Shown: in pieces, positions 36,377 to 46,296 of the stretch | Position numbering within the stretch: the stretch's first letter is position 1 | How the letters are laid out: every line of letters starts with the position of its first letter | NCBI RefSeq assembly: GCF_028368995.1 | Contig: NZ_JAQNDL010000003.1 | Span: 256,001-320,000, forward strand | Source: Nannocystis bainbridge | GTDB taxonomy: Bacteria > Myxococcota_A > Polyangia > Nannocystales > Nannocystaceae | DNA length: 64,000 bases | Reading direction: 5' to 3' | Notes under the pieces: model-generated | What the model was told of the DNA's origin: nothing | Databases searched by the model: none | Seen by the model: the letters and a program-made list of their open reading frames with translations, nothing else | Translations under genes and position numbers: made by a program

Positions 36377-37360
36377 ATGTCGCTGTTCATGATTGGCTTC
36401 CGCCTCGCCCCGCTCGCCCTCATCGGCCTCTCCGCTGTCGGCTGCACCGAGGTGCCGAGCGAGGACGACCTCGAGTTCCGCACCACCTGCACTGCATGCA
36501 CCTTCAACTCGCCGCACATCGACAACGCCCCGATGCCGGAGCTCGCCCTCGATGGCGAAGAGAACTCCGCCGGAGTGAAGCTGATCGCCCTGCGCGACAC
36601 CCAGACCACCGTGGATTACGAGGTCGGCACGGACTCTCAGGAGGATCTGGTGGCCCGCGACGGCAACCTCAAGGTCGCCATCGGCCCTGCGCTGTACGGC
36701 TGGGAGCTCGTGCTGGAGAAGGACGGTGTCGAGAAGATCGCCACCATCACGGGGCACGGCGAGATCGAAGCTTGGTCCGACAACGGCCGACCCATGCCCA
36801 CGTACGCGATCTCTTACCATGGCCTGGTCGACGGCGCCTGGGGCCACTGGAACGTGTGCCCTGAGTTCGTCGGCAGCCCCGAATCGCCCGTGTTGACGAT
36901 CATTCGCGGTCAGACGTACGACCGCGAGGACAAGCGCGTCGACCTGATCGACTCCGACTGGGTGACCTTCGCGTGTGTCGGCGAGGCGGCCTTCAAGGCC
37001 AAGGCCCTCGGCTACTCCCAGGGGCGCAGATTCGCCGGCACCAACGCGCCGGCCACCCGCGGGCAGCAGGACGCGACCCTCAAGATGATCACCGCCGATT
37101 ACTGCGGCACCGGCCACAGCTTCACGGCACCGAATACGGCGCTGCACTGGGAGAACCGGGCGGGTACCGTCACCATTCCGATGGGGACCGTGACCGGCCC
37201 GCTCGAGGCCGTATGGGGCCCGGACGGCGCCCTGTGCCTCGACAATCCGCGCCACACGACCAAGGCGTTGGTCGAGGCGGAGTGCGGCTACCCCATTCCG
37301 TCCTGCGCGGGCTTCGACTACACCGGGCCGTGGGAGTGGAAGACCTTCAAGAAGCTATAG
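36377..37360 (+). CDS. ADYC-domain lipoprotein, paralogue 1
   Basis: Lipobox AVGC; FAC...KAK.LGY, KMITADYCGTGHSFT, EAVWGPDGALCL. Confidence 0.85.
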   Translation: MSLFMIGFRLAPLALIGLSAVGCTEVPSEDDLEFRTTCTACTFNSPHIDNAPMPELALDGEENSAGVKLIALRDTQTTVDYEVGTDSQEDLVARDGNLKVAIGPALYGWELVLEKDGVEKIATITGHGEIEAWSDNGRPMPTYAISYHGLVDGAWGHWNVCPEFVGSPESPVLTIIRGQTYDREDKRVDLIDSDWVTFACVGEAAFKAKALGYSQGRRFAGTNAPATRGQQDATLKMITADYCGTGHSFTAPNTALHWENRAGTVTIPMGTVTGPLEAVWGPDGALCLDNPRHTTKALVEAECGYPIPSCAGFDYTGPWEWKTFKKL

Positions 37361-37421
37361 CCGGCAGCAGGCGCCCGGAGCCGCAATCCACCCCGTTCCT
37401 TGTCACCTCGGAAATACTACC

Positions 37422-38429
37422 ATGTCGCTGTTCAATGTTGGCTTCCGCTTCGTCCCGCTCGCCCTCGTCGGACTCTCCGTCGCTTGTACCGCCCTGCCGG
37501 ACGACGCCGACCTCGAGTTCCGCACCACCTGCACTGCCTGCACCTTCAACTCGCCGGACGTCGACGACGCGCCGATCCCGGAGCTCGCGTTCGACGGCCA
37601 GGAGAACTTCGCCGGTGTGAGCCTGATCGGGCTGCGCGAGAACGTCGGGGGCCGGATCTTCGAGTTCGATGTCTACAACGACGAGATGATCGCCCGTTAT
37701 GGCAAGACCATCGTCGAGAGCGGCGGTGGACTCGTCGGCTGGCAGCTCTTGATGGAGCGGGATGGCCAACCACTGATCGCCAGAATCACGGGATACGACG
37801 CCGCCGCCGAGGGGCTCACCGACGACGGCCAGCCCCTGACGGCGTACGCGATCGCTTACGACGGCCTGATCGGCGGCGTCCCGGCCTACGCAATCAACGT
37901 TTGCCCGGAGTTCGCCGCCACCGCATCAGAGCCGGTCTTGACTATCATCCGCAGCCAGACCTACGACCGCGAGGAAAAGCGCGTCGACCTCATCGATCCC
38001 AATTGGGTGACCTTCGCCTGCAAGGGCGAGGCCGCCTACAAGGCCAAAGCCCTCGGCTACAGCGAGTCGCGCATTTTCCCCGGCAGCAGCGGGCCGGCCA
38101 CCCGCGCGCAACAGGACGCGACCCTCAAGATGATCACCGCCGACTACTGCGGCACCGGTCACAGCTTCACGGAGCAGGGTACCGAGCTGCACTGGGAGAA
38201 TCGGGTCGGGTCCGTCACGGCGACGCCCGGCCCCATGGACCCGATCGAGGCCGTGTGGGGCCCGGACGGCGCGCTGTGCCTGGATGAACCGCGCTACACG
38301 ACCAAGCTGCTGGTCGAGGCGGAGTGCGGTCACACCTTTCCGTCCTGCGCGGGATTCGACTACAGCGGGCCGTGGGAGTGGAAGACCTGGAAGAAACTGC
38401 CGCCCCCACCCCCGCCCCCCCAGCCCTAG
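37422..38429 (+). CDS. ADYC-domain lipoprotein, paralogue 2
   Basis: Same motifs, lipobox SVAC, duplicated 5' leader. Confidence 0.85.
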   Translation: MSLFNVGFRFVPLALVGLSVACTALPDDADLEFRTTCTACTFNSPDVDDAPIPELAFDGQENFAGVSLIGLRENVGGRIFEFDVYNDEMIARYGKTIVESGGGLVGWQLLMERDGQPLIARITGYDAAAEGLTDDGQPLTAYAIAYDGLIGGVPAYAINVCPEFAATASEPVLTIIRSQTYDREEKRVDLIDPNWVTFACKGEAAYKAKALGYSESRIFPGSSGPATRAQQDATLKMITADYCGTGHSFTEQGTELHWENRVGSVTATPGPMDPIEAVWGPDGALCLDEPRYTTKLLVEAECGHTFPSCAGFDYSGPWEWKTWKKLPPPPPPPQP

Positions 38430-38432
38430 CCC

Positions 38433-41153
38433 ATGGCCCACGAGGACAACCCGGTCACAGGCACGTCCACCTCGCACGGCGAGGTGACGCAGGACGTGGT
38501 TCCCGCGCCCGCTCGCAACCTGGGCGGCGTGGGCCCGCTGCCGGCCAAGCTCGGCCGCTATCACGTGCTCGGTCAGCTCGGCGCCGGCGGCATGGGCGTG
38601 GTGCTCACCGCCTACGACCCCGACCTCGATCGCAAGGTCGCGCTCAAGCTGCTGCGCGCGCACGGCAACGCCGGCTCGGCCGGGCGAATGCTGCGCGAGG
38701 CCCACGCGCTGGCCCGCCTCTCGCACCCCAACGTGGTCCAGATCCACGACACCGGGGCGATCGACGGCCAGGTCTTCATCGCCATGGAGTTGGTCCGCGG
38801 CGTCGACCTGCGGACCTGGCTGACCCAGCCGCGCCCGCTCGTGGAGGTGCTGCGCGCCTTCGTCGACGCCGGTCGCGGCCTGGCCGCGGCCCACGACGCC
38901 GGCTTCGTCCACCGCGACTTCAAGCCCGAGAACGTGCTGCTCGGCGAGGACGGGCGGGCCCGGGTCGCCGACTTCGGGCTGGTCCGCCTCCACGACGAGC
39001 TGCCCGACGAGCCGGTGAATTCGCCCTCGACGCGCGGCGCCCTCGGCCACTCGCTCACCGTCACCGGCGCGCGCCTCGGCACGCCCGGGTACATGTCGCC
39101 CGAGCAGCACCTCGGCCTCACGGCCGACGCCCGCAGCGACCAGTTCAGCTACTGCGTGGCGCTGTGGGAGGCGCTGCACAGGCAGCGACCGTTCGCCGGC
39201 GACAGCCCCGAGGCGATCGTCGCGGCGGTCCGCGCCGGCCGGCTGCGGGCGCCGCCCCGGGGCTCCCGCGTGCCCGCCGAACTGAATCGGCTGCTGCAGC
39301 GCGGCCTGGCCTACGACCCCGAGCAGCGCCACCCGAGCATGCACGCGCTGCTGGCCGCGCTGACCGTCGATCCGGCCCGCAGGCGCCGGCGCTGGCTGCT
39401 CGGTCTCGTCGGGGCCGGCCTGCTCGCAGCGGTCGCCGGCGTGTGGCTGAGCGGCGAGGCCGAGCCGTGCGCCGGCGGCCCGGAGGCCCTGGCGCCCACC
39501 TGGAACCCCTTGCGCCGCCAGGCTGTCGCCGAGGCGCTGACACCGAGCTCCGACCCGGCGCTGCCGCGATTCGTGCTCGCGGGCCTCGACGCTTACGCCG
39601 GCGAGTGGCTGACGTCGCACCGCGACGCCTGCCTCGATCATCGCCGCGGCGAGCAGTCGAGCGCGCTGCTCGACGCCCGCATGCACTGCCTCGATCGCCG
39701 CCGCCAGACCCTCGCCGCCGTCGCGCGCCTGCTCGTCGGCGAGGCTGGCGACGTCGACGCAGGCCGCCCTGGTCGCGCCGAAGCGGAGCCTCCGGACGCC
39801 GCGCAATTGATCGCCCGCATGCCGGCGATCTCCGCCTGCGCCGATCCGGCCGTGGTGCTCAGTGAGGCTGCCGTTCCCGAGGATCCCGCGCTCGCCGGCG
39901 AGGTCGCGGCCGTCGCCTCGCGGCTGATCACCGCCCGCGTGCGCCATGACGCCGGTGACCTCGAAGGCGCCCGCGCCCTCGCCGAGGACGCGCTCGCCCG
40001 GGCCCGCCGCGCCAAGTTTGCACCGATCCTCGCCGAGGCGTTGCTGGTCCAGGCCCGCATCCACTTCACCCCGCAACAGTGGGAGCTCGCCCGTCCCGCG
40101 CTGGACGAGGCGCTCGTTCAGGCCGTGGCAGCACGCCGTGACGACCTCGCCGCCGAAGCCATGGCACGCCTGCTGTTCGTCGACGGCGTCCATCTCGGCC
40201 GCACCGCGGAGATGCTGCGCCTCGCGCCGTTGGCCCTCGCCATGGCCGCGCGGGCCCCGGAGCCGCACGCCGCCCGCGGGTTGGCGCACAACAATATCAG
40301 CGTCGTGCAGACGCTCTCGCACGAACGAGAGCGGGCGACCTTGTCGATGAAATCCGCCGTCGAGGAGATGCTGGCTGCGCCCCACACCGACCCGATCGAG
40401 CTGGCCCACGTGTTTTTCAACGCGGCCGTGATGACCGCTGCTCCCGCGCAACGGCACGCCGGCCTCGACCGCGCGAGGGCGCTGCTGGCCGAGCGCCTCG
40501 GACCCCGTCACCTGGTCACCCTCGACGCCCGGATGGCCGCCGCGAGGTTCGAGCCCGATTTGAAGATGGGTGCGGCGCAGCTCGACGAGGTTTGTCCGGA
40601 GTATCTCCGCGGCCACGGCCGCACGATCACCACCTGCGCGTCGTGCTTCAATCTCCTCGTCCACCTGCAGATGTATCTCGGCGAGACGACGCGCGCCCTG
40701 GCCAGCGCGGAGCAAGGCCTCTCGTGCCACGCCCGGCCCTTCACCGACCAGGACGCCAGCCTGCGGGCCAAGGCGCAGGCGTTCATCGCCGTGCACTCGG
40801 GCCACCCGCTCGCCGCGCTCGAGCACCTGAAGCAGGCGCGCCGGTGGCCCGATTCGCTGCAAGGGGTCCCGTGGATCCGCCCAGAGCTGGCCGAGCTCGA
40901 CCTGATCCGCGGCCGTGCGCTGCTGCTGCTCGACCGCCCCGCCGAGGCCACCGAGGCGCTCGAGCAAGCCATGCCGGGCTACGCCATCTTCGTGGACCGC
41001 CCCGAGCTGCTGACGCCGCTGCTGCTCGCCGAGACGCAGACACTGCTCGCGCGGGCCCTGCTGGCCGCCGAGACGCCCGACCACGAGCGCGCCGCCCAGT
41101 TGACTGCATCAGCCCAGGCGACCCTCGCAGCCCACGGCGCGGTCGTGCCCTGA
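38433..41153 (+). CDS. Transmembrane Ser/Thr kinase with C-terminal TPR-like domain
   Basis: GAGGMGVV, VALK, HRDFKPEN, DFG, GTPGYMSPEQ, SDQFSYC; TM; helical TPR-like region. Confidence 0.93.
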   Translation: MAHEDNPVTGTSTSHGEVTQDVVPAPARNLGGVGPLPAKLGRYHVLGQLGAGGMGVVLTAYDPDLDRKVALKLLRAHGNAGSAGRMLREAHALARLSHPNVVQIHDTGAIDGQVFIAMELVRGVDLRTWLTQPRPLVEVLRAFVDAGRGLAAAHDAGFVHRDFKPENVLLGEDGRARVADFGLVRLHDELPDEPVNSPSTRGALGHSLTVTGARLGTPGYMSPEQHLGLTADARSDQFSYCVALWEALHRQRPFAGDSPEAIVAAVRAGRLRAPPRGSRVPAELNRLLQRGLAYDPEQRHPSMHALLAALTVDPARRRRRWLLGLVGAGLLAAVAGVWLSGEAEPCAGGPEALAPTWNPLRRQAVAEALTPSSDPALPRFVLAGLDAYAGEWLTSHRDACLDHRRGEQSSALLDARMHCLDRRRQTLAAVARLLVGEAGDVDAGRPGRAEAEPPDAAQLIARMPAISACADPAVVLSEAAVPEDPALAGEVAAVASRLITARVRHDAGDLEGARALAEDALARARRAKFAPILAEALLVQARIHFTPQQWELARPALDEALVQAVAARRDDLAAEAMARLLFVDGVHLGRTAEMLRLAPLALAMAARAPEPHAARGLAHNNISVVQTLSHERERATLSMKSAVEEMLAAPHTDPIELAHVFFNAAVMTAAPAQRHAGLDRARALLAERLGPRHLVTLDARMAAARFEPDLKMGAAQLDEVCPEYLRGHGRTITTCASCFNLLVHLQMYLGETTRALASAEQGLSCHARPFTDQDASLRAKAQAFIAVHSGHPLAALEHLKQARRWPDSLQGVPWIRPELAELDLIRGRALLLLDRPAEATEALEQAMPGYAIFVDRPELLTPLLLAETQTLLARALLAAETPDHERAAQLTASAQATLAAHGAVVP

Positions 41154-41575
41154 GCGCCGCCGGGTGTTCCCATTCGCGCGAGAGCAGTCCCTCGGCGACC
41201 ACGATCGACGCTCATCAGCCTCGCCAGACGCACCTCCCCGTGTCCTCGACCTCCACGCCCCTTCCATCCCTGACGCTTCGCATCCCGCGCGTCGCGCATC
41301 ACGTCGTTCGATTACCGACACCAGGCATACCGTTCGTCCGGCCCCGCCTCTCCTGCTCGCGCTCACGGCCGCGCGGTTGAACGGACCATGCGCGAAGGCT
41401 CGCATCGTCGCGCAATCCAACTGGCGGATTCGCTATCGCTCCAGAAAACACGAGCAGGTCGTGCGGTGACTCGAAAATCATGGAAGATTGTCGCGGCACG
41501 CAGGGTCCTCCATCCGGCTCCACAGGCTCCCTGCATCAATAATCCACCGCTCCTCGTCATCTCGGAGAACTCACC

Positions 41576-42547
41576 ATGTCCCTGTTCATAGTCGACTTTC
41601 GCCATGTCCCGCTCGCCCTCCTCGCCCTCACCGTCGCCTGCACCGAGATTCCCGGCGAAGACGACCTGCAGTTCCGGACCACCAATGACACCACCCCCCT
41701 CAACTCACCCGACATCAACCACGCCCCGGTCCCGGAGGTCGCGCTCGACGGCCAGGAGAACTTCGCCGGCGTGACCCTGGTCGGCCTGCGCCACCTCGAA
41801 ACCTCCAGCCAGATCTTCCAGCTCGACACGATCGACGACGCGTTGGTCGCCCGCGACGGCTCTTCCATCATCGCCAGCGGCAGTGACCTCCTCGGCTGGG
41901 AGCTCGTGATGGAGCGGGACGGCCACGAACTTATCGCCACCATCTCGGGGTATTCCGACGACATCGAGGCCCTCGCCGACGACGGCGAACCGCTGACAGC
42001 CTACGCGCTCTCCTACCATGGCCTGAAGGACGGCGTCTGGGGTCAATGGAACGAGTGCCCGGAGTTCGCCGCCAGCCCGGACTCTCCCGTCTTGACCCTC
42101 ATCCGCGGCCAGACCTACGACCGCGAGGACCGGCGCGTCGACCTCATCGATCCCGACTGGGTGACCTTCGCCTGCCTCGGCGAGGCCGCCTTCAAGGCCA
42201 AGTCGCTCGGTTACAGTCAGTCGCGCATCTTCCCCGGCACCAGCGCCCCGGCCACCCGCGCCCAGCAGGACGCCACCCTCAAGATGATCACCGCCGACTA
42301 CTGCGGCACCGGCCACAGCTTCACCGAGCAGGGCGTCGCCATCGACTGGCAGAATCGGGCGGCCAGCGTCACGCCCGCCGCCACGCCGGGCGACCTCGAG
42401 GCCGTGTGGGGCCCGGACGGCGCGCTGTGCCTCGAGGAGCCGCGCCTCAGGCCCCGGCAGGACGTCGAGGCGGAGTGCACCATCCCGAGCTGCGCCGGCT
42501 TCGACTTCACCGGCGCGTGGGAGTGGAAGTCCTTCCACAAGCCCTAG
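41576..42547 (+). CDS. ADYC-domain lipoprotein, paralogue 3
   Basis: Same motifs, lipobox TVAC. Confidence 0.85.
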   Translation: MSLFIVDFRHVPLALLALTVACTEIPGEDDLQFRTTNDTTPLNSPDINHAPVPEVALDGQENFAGVTLVGLRHLETSSQIFQLDTIDDALVARDGSSIIASGSDLLGWELVMERDGHELIATISGYSDDIEALADDGEPLTAYALSYHGLKDGVWGQWNECPEFAASPDSPVLTLIRGQTYDREDRRVDLIDPDWVTFACLGEAAFKAKSLGYSQSRIFPGTSAPATRAQQDATLKMITADYCGTGHSFTEQGVAIDWQNRAASVTPAATPGDLEAVWGPDGALCLEEPRLRPRQDVEAECTIPSCAGFDFTGAWEWKSFHKP

Positions 42548-42645
42548 CGCGTGCGCGCGCAGATCGCCTCGCCGTGACCCGCGCGCGAATGCAGAGCCCC
42601 CGCGCTGCGTGACTCTCGCCGGCGAGCCCGGTAGAGTCGGGCCCC

Positions 42646-44133
42646 ATGCAGCGCCCTGCTGTCATTGCGTTCTCCAGGCTCCGCCCTGCTCCCGCCCTCG
42701 CGCTCGCCCTCGCATGTTGCGGCGGCGATCCTGCCGATCCCACGGCCAGCGCGGGCACGGACCCGTCGAGCTCGACCGGCGATCCGACCACGCCCACCGA
42801 CGCGAGCACCACCACCGCGTCGACTACCACCGCGCCGACCACCACCGACGCCACGACCGGCGACACCGCGCCCGCCGGCGAATGGCAGTTCGTCACCCTC
42901 GCCGAGCAGACCTTCCCGCTCAACAGCACCCAGGTCACCGTCGAGTTCATCCGCGCCGATCGCCCTGATGGTGGCCGCTCCTACCTGCTCTACCAGCACG
43001 CCCCCGGCGCGAACGCCCCGCTCGTCATCCAGACCCAGCCCTACGCCGGCATCGACTGGACCGGCGAGGAGGTCGACGCGCGCTGGGCCGCGCTCGGCGA
43101 CGGCGCCCACCCCGACATCGACGCCCCCGACCCCGACGCCGGAGACACGATCGCCTATCAATGGCAGGACCCGGCCCAGGCCGTCGGCTCCAACCTGGTG
43201 TGGGCATTCAACGGCTTCGCGGTGATCCACGCCTACGGCCGCTTCTACGCCGGTGGCGACCTCGCCGACGACGTGCTCGACGCGGTCGCCCCCTACGCGT
43301 TCGCGCGCACGCGCCCCGGCGAACTCGACCTCGAGCGAATCGGCGCGCTCGGCACCAGCTGGGGCGGCATGATGGCGCTGTTCGGCGCCAGCCAGGCCCC
43401 GGCCGACGCCGCCCCGCGCATGGTCGTCCCGATCTCGGCCCCCTCGGACTTCGCCGATCTATGGACCTGGTCGACCGACACTTTTTTAAATCTCTCGCTC
43501 AACCCCGCCATGGTGTCGGGCTTCTATTCGCCGTACTGGCGCCGCGCCGCGCCGACGATCGGCACCCCGCCCGCCGGCCCGGCCGCCAATCCCTACATGC
43601 ATTCCGGCCTGTGCCCCGGCCTGCCCGGCACCCTCGTCGTCCCCCACGACAGCTGGGACGCGATCATCCCGGTCACGCAGACGCAGGACCTCGCGGCCGC
43701 GTGCGCCAACGTCGAGCCGATCTACTGGCCGCGCGCCACCCCGCTCGATCCGAAGACGGCGACGATGACCCACGGCCCGTTCGCCGCCGAGGGCCTGGTC
43801 CCGAGCGTGCTCATCTACACCTACGCCGCCCTCGTCCTCGCGCTCGCGCCCCCCGAGGCCCCGACCGTCTATTCCGTGGCGAGCGGCCCCTCGCTGGTCC
43901 TCCACCTCGAGCTCGTGCTCGCCGCCCAGCAGGCCGGCGAAGACGTGGCGTGGATCGTCCCGCGCCTGCGCGAGCTCGCCGACCCGCGGCTGCAGACATT
44001 GGTCGCCGAGACCAATCAGCTCCAGCCCGGCGCCGAAGTGCTGGCGAGCGCCGTCAACCAGGTCTGGGGCACCGACTTCGACGCCGACGGCCTGCGCGCC
44101 CAGCTCGAGCTCGGCCTGCCCGACCCGCCGTGA
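42646..44133 (+). CDS. Alpha/beta-hydrolase lipoprotein
   Basis: Lipobox LAC, Thr stalk, nucleophile elbow GTSWGG, D..IP, THG. Confidence 0.72.
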   Translation: MQRPAVIAFSRLRPAPALALALACCGGDPADPTASAGTDPSSSTGDPTTPTDASTTTASTTTAPTTTDATTGDTAPAGEWQFVTLAEQTFPLNSTQVTVEFIRADRPDGGRSYLLYQHAPGANAPLVIQTQPYAGIDWTGEEVDARWAALGDGAHPDIDAPDPDAGDTIAYQWQDPAQAVGSNLVWAFNGFAVIHAYGRFYAGGDLADDVLDAVAPYAFARTRPGELDLERIGALGTSWGGMMALFGASQAPADAAPRMVVPISAPSDFADLWTWSTDTFLNLSLNPAMVSGFYSPYWRRAAPTIGTPPAGPAANPYMHSGLCPGLPGTLVVPHDSWDAIIPVTQTQDLAAACANVEPIYWPRATPLDPKTATMTHGPFAAEGLVPSVLIYTYAALVLALAPPEAPTVYSVASGPSLVLHLELVLAAQQAGEDVAWIVPRLRELADPRLQTLVAETNQLQPGAEVLASAVNQVWGTDFDADGLRAQLELGLPDPP

Positions 44134-44313
44134 CGAATCATCACATGTCCTGAGGGACATCTCATCCATGCCCCGCGGCCGGCTCGCTCCCGGCCGCGAG
44201 CCCTGCCAGCGCCCAGCTCGAGCTCGGCCTACCGTGATCCATCATCACATGTCCTGAGGGACATCTCATCCACGCCCCGCGCCCGCTTCGCTCCCCGCCG
44301 CGAGCCCTGCCAT
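44095..44313 (+). repeat. Imperfect tandem duplication (about 105-115 bp) of the hydrolase 3' end and downstream DNA
   Basis: GCGCCCAGCTCGAGCTCGGCCT...ATCATCACATGTCCTGAGGGACATCTCATCCA...GCCGCGAGCCCTGCCA occurs twice. Confidence 0.85.
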
Positions 44314-44354
44314 CGCCCGGGTTAGCAGCCTCGCCCGGCCAGAATCGGTCACAT

Positions 44355-45074
44355 TTGCCGCGCGAGCCCGTCACCGACCGCCTCGACCGCACTCTCGGCC
44401 TGCTCGCCTCCCGGCCCTCGTGGACGGCGCGCGAGCTGGCCGACGAGCTCGGCGTCTGCGTCCGCACCGTGCGGCGCGACCTCGTCCGCCTCGCGGCCCG
44501 CGGCGTCGCCGTCGAGGCCGAGCGCGGGCGCGGCGGCGGCGTGCGGGTGCCGGCGCGCTCGGGCCTCGGCCGCGTGCAGCTCGGCGCCGAGGAGCTGCTC
44601 GACCTCTTGCTCGCGCTGGCCCTCGCCGAGCGGCTGCGCTCGCCGCTGCTGCTGACGACCCTCGGCGGGCTGCGGCAGAAGCTCGCCGCCGCCTTCCCGC
44701 CCGAGGAGCGGGCCCGGATCGCCGGCTTGCGTCGTCGGATCCTCGTCGGCCCCACCTCGGCCGCCATCACCGCCTCGTGGAAGCCGCCGCGCCCCGCGGT
44801 GCTGCGCCCGATCCACGAGGCGTTCTTCCATCAGCGCGCGCTCGAGCTGACCTACCGCGCCGGCCAGCGCTGCACCATTCGCGTCGTCGAGCCGCACTAC
44901 CTGCTGCTGAACTGGCCCGCGTGGTACCTGCTGGTCTGGGACCACCTGCGCGGCGCCGTCCGGGCCCTGCGCGTCGATCGCATCGAGGCCGCGGACCTCA
45001 CCGACGCCACCTTCCGCGTGCGCAAGGCCGAGGCGATGGTCGCCTCGCTGGGCGACATCTTCGCCCAGCTGTAG
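44355..45074 (+). CDS. HTH-WYL transcriptional regulator (YafY/PafB-like)
   Basis: ARELADELGVCVRTVRRDL, GRGGG, R.VEPHYLL...WYLLVWD..R...R.LRVDRI. Confidence 0.92.
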   Translation: MPREPVTDRLDRTLGLLASRPSWTARELADELGVCVRTVRRDLVRLAARGVAVEAERGRGGGVRVPARSGLGRVQLGAEELLDLLLALALAERLRSPLLLTTLGGLRQKLAAAFPPEERARIAGLRRRILVGPTSAAITASWKPPRPAVLRPIHEAFFHQRALELTYRAGQRCTIRVVEPHYLLLNWPAWYLLVWDHLRGAVRALRVDRIEAADLTDATFRVRKAEAMVASLGDIFAQL

Positions 45075-45083
45075 CCCCGGGCG

Positions 45084-46034
45084 TCACGCCCCGAAGTCGA
45101 GCACCAGCCGCCCGCGCACGCCGCCCGCCTCGAGCAGGCGATGCGCCTCCGCCACCTCCGCGGCCGGCAGCACCTTCGCCACGCGCAGCGTCAGCTGCCC
45201 GTCCTCGACTTGCTGGCGCAGGCGATCGATCTTCGCCGTGTCGGTCAGCCCCGTGCTGACGAGCACCGGGTGCGCGACGATGCCGCGCTCGGTCGGCCCG
45301 CTCCACCCGCGCACCGTCACGATCCCGCCGCCGTCGCGGATCGCCGGCAGGATCTGCTCGTGAAGCAGCGCCGCGTCGATCACCGCGTCCACGCCTCCCG
45401 GCGCGACCTCGCGGAACCGTCGCGCCAGATCGTCGCCGCGCTCGACGATGACATCGGCCCCGAGGCGCTCGACCAGCGCGCGATCGGCCGGCGACGCGTC
45501 GGCGATCACCCGCAGCCCGTCGGCCTTGGCCAGCTCGATCGCGTAGCCGCCGACCGCCCCCGCCGCGCCCGTCACCGCCACTGTCTGCCCCGGCTGCAGC
45601 GCCAGCGCGTCGAGCCCCAGCCGCACCGTCAGCGCGTTCATCAGCAGCGTCGAAGCGGCCGGCAGGTCGCTGCCCTTCGGCACTGGCACCACCGACGCCG
45701 CCGGCGCCACGATCTGCTCCGCGTACGCCCCCTTGTGCGGCCCGAGGTACGAGACGACCGCGATGACCTCGTCGCCGACCTTCAGCCGGCCGTCGCCGCC
45801 CGGTCCGACCGCATCGATGATCCCGGCTGCGTCCATCCCCGGGATGTACGGCGGCGGCGGCACGTTCGGCAGCAGCCGCGCGATCTCCCCCGAGCGCAGC
45901 AGCACGTCGGTCGGATTGACCGCGGCCGCCCGCACGCGGATCCGGACCTCGTTCGCCCCCGGCTGCGGCGACGGCAACGTGACGATCTTCAGGACCTCCG
46001 GTCCACCGAACTCTTCGACGACGATTGCTCTCAT
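45084..46034 (-). CDS. NADPH:quinone oxidoreductase (MDR family)
   Basis: GGPEVL, AAAVNPTD, PGMDAAG, GAYAE, GAAGAVG. Confidence 0.92.
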   Translation of the reverse strand: MRAIVVEEFGGPEVLKIVTLPSPQPGANEVRIRVRAAAVNPTDVLLRSGEIARLLPNVPPPPYIPGMDAAGIIDAVGPGGDGRLKVGDEVIAVVSYLGPHKGAYAEQIVAPAASVVPVPKGSDLPAASTLLMNALTVRLGLDALALQPGQTVAVTGAAGAVGGYAIELAKADGLRVIADASPADRALVERLGADVIVERGDDLARRFREVAPGGVDAVIDAALLHEQILPAIRDGGGIVTVRGWSGPTERGIVAHPVLVSTGLTDTAKIDRLRQQVEDGQLTLRVAKVLPAAEVAEAHRLLEAGGVRGRLVLDFGA

Positions 46035-46244
46035 GCGAAAGGTGATAGTCCCCCGCTGCCGCCGCGACAAGCCGCGCGGCCCTCTCGCGCGCGACCCTCA
46101 CGCTTCGCCTGGGCGACGTCCGACGCATCCGACGCGCGCATCGTCGAGACGCCGCCGAACTCGTCCCTCGCGCGCGGGCGAGGGGCGAGACCCGCAGCGC
46201 ACCGCCGCGGCGGAGGCGCGCGCAGCGGGGCGACGGCGAGCCTC

Positions 46245-46296
46245 TAACATGTCCCGGAAGACATATCCTTTTGAACATGACCTCAAAGACACATCA
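46245..46296. repeat. 4-unit array of the 14-bp RGACATGYCC-N4 motif
   Basis: TAACATGTCC-CGGA-AGACATATCC-TTTT-GAACATGACC-TCAA-AGACACATCA. Confidence 0.7.

Noticed and set aside
37926-41084. 1052 aa minus-strand ORF, and similar ones at 12148-14334, 32747-34732, 51014-52855 and 61743-63545
   Set aside because: Each lies antisense to a well-supported gene and has no recognisable domain.
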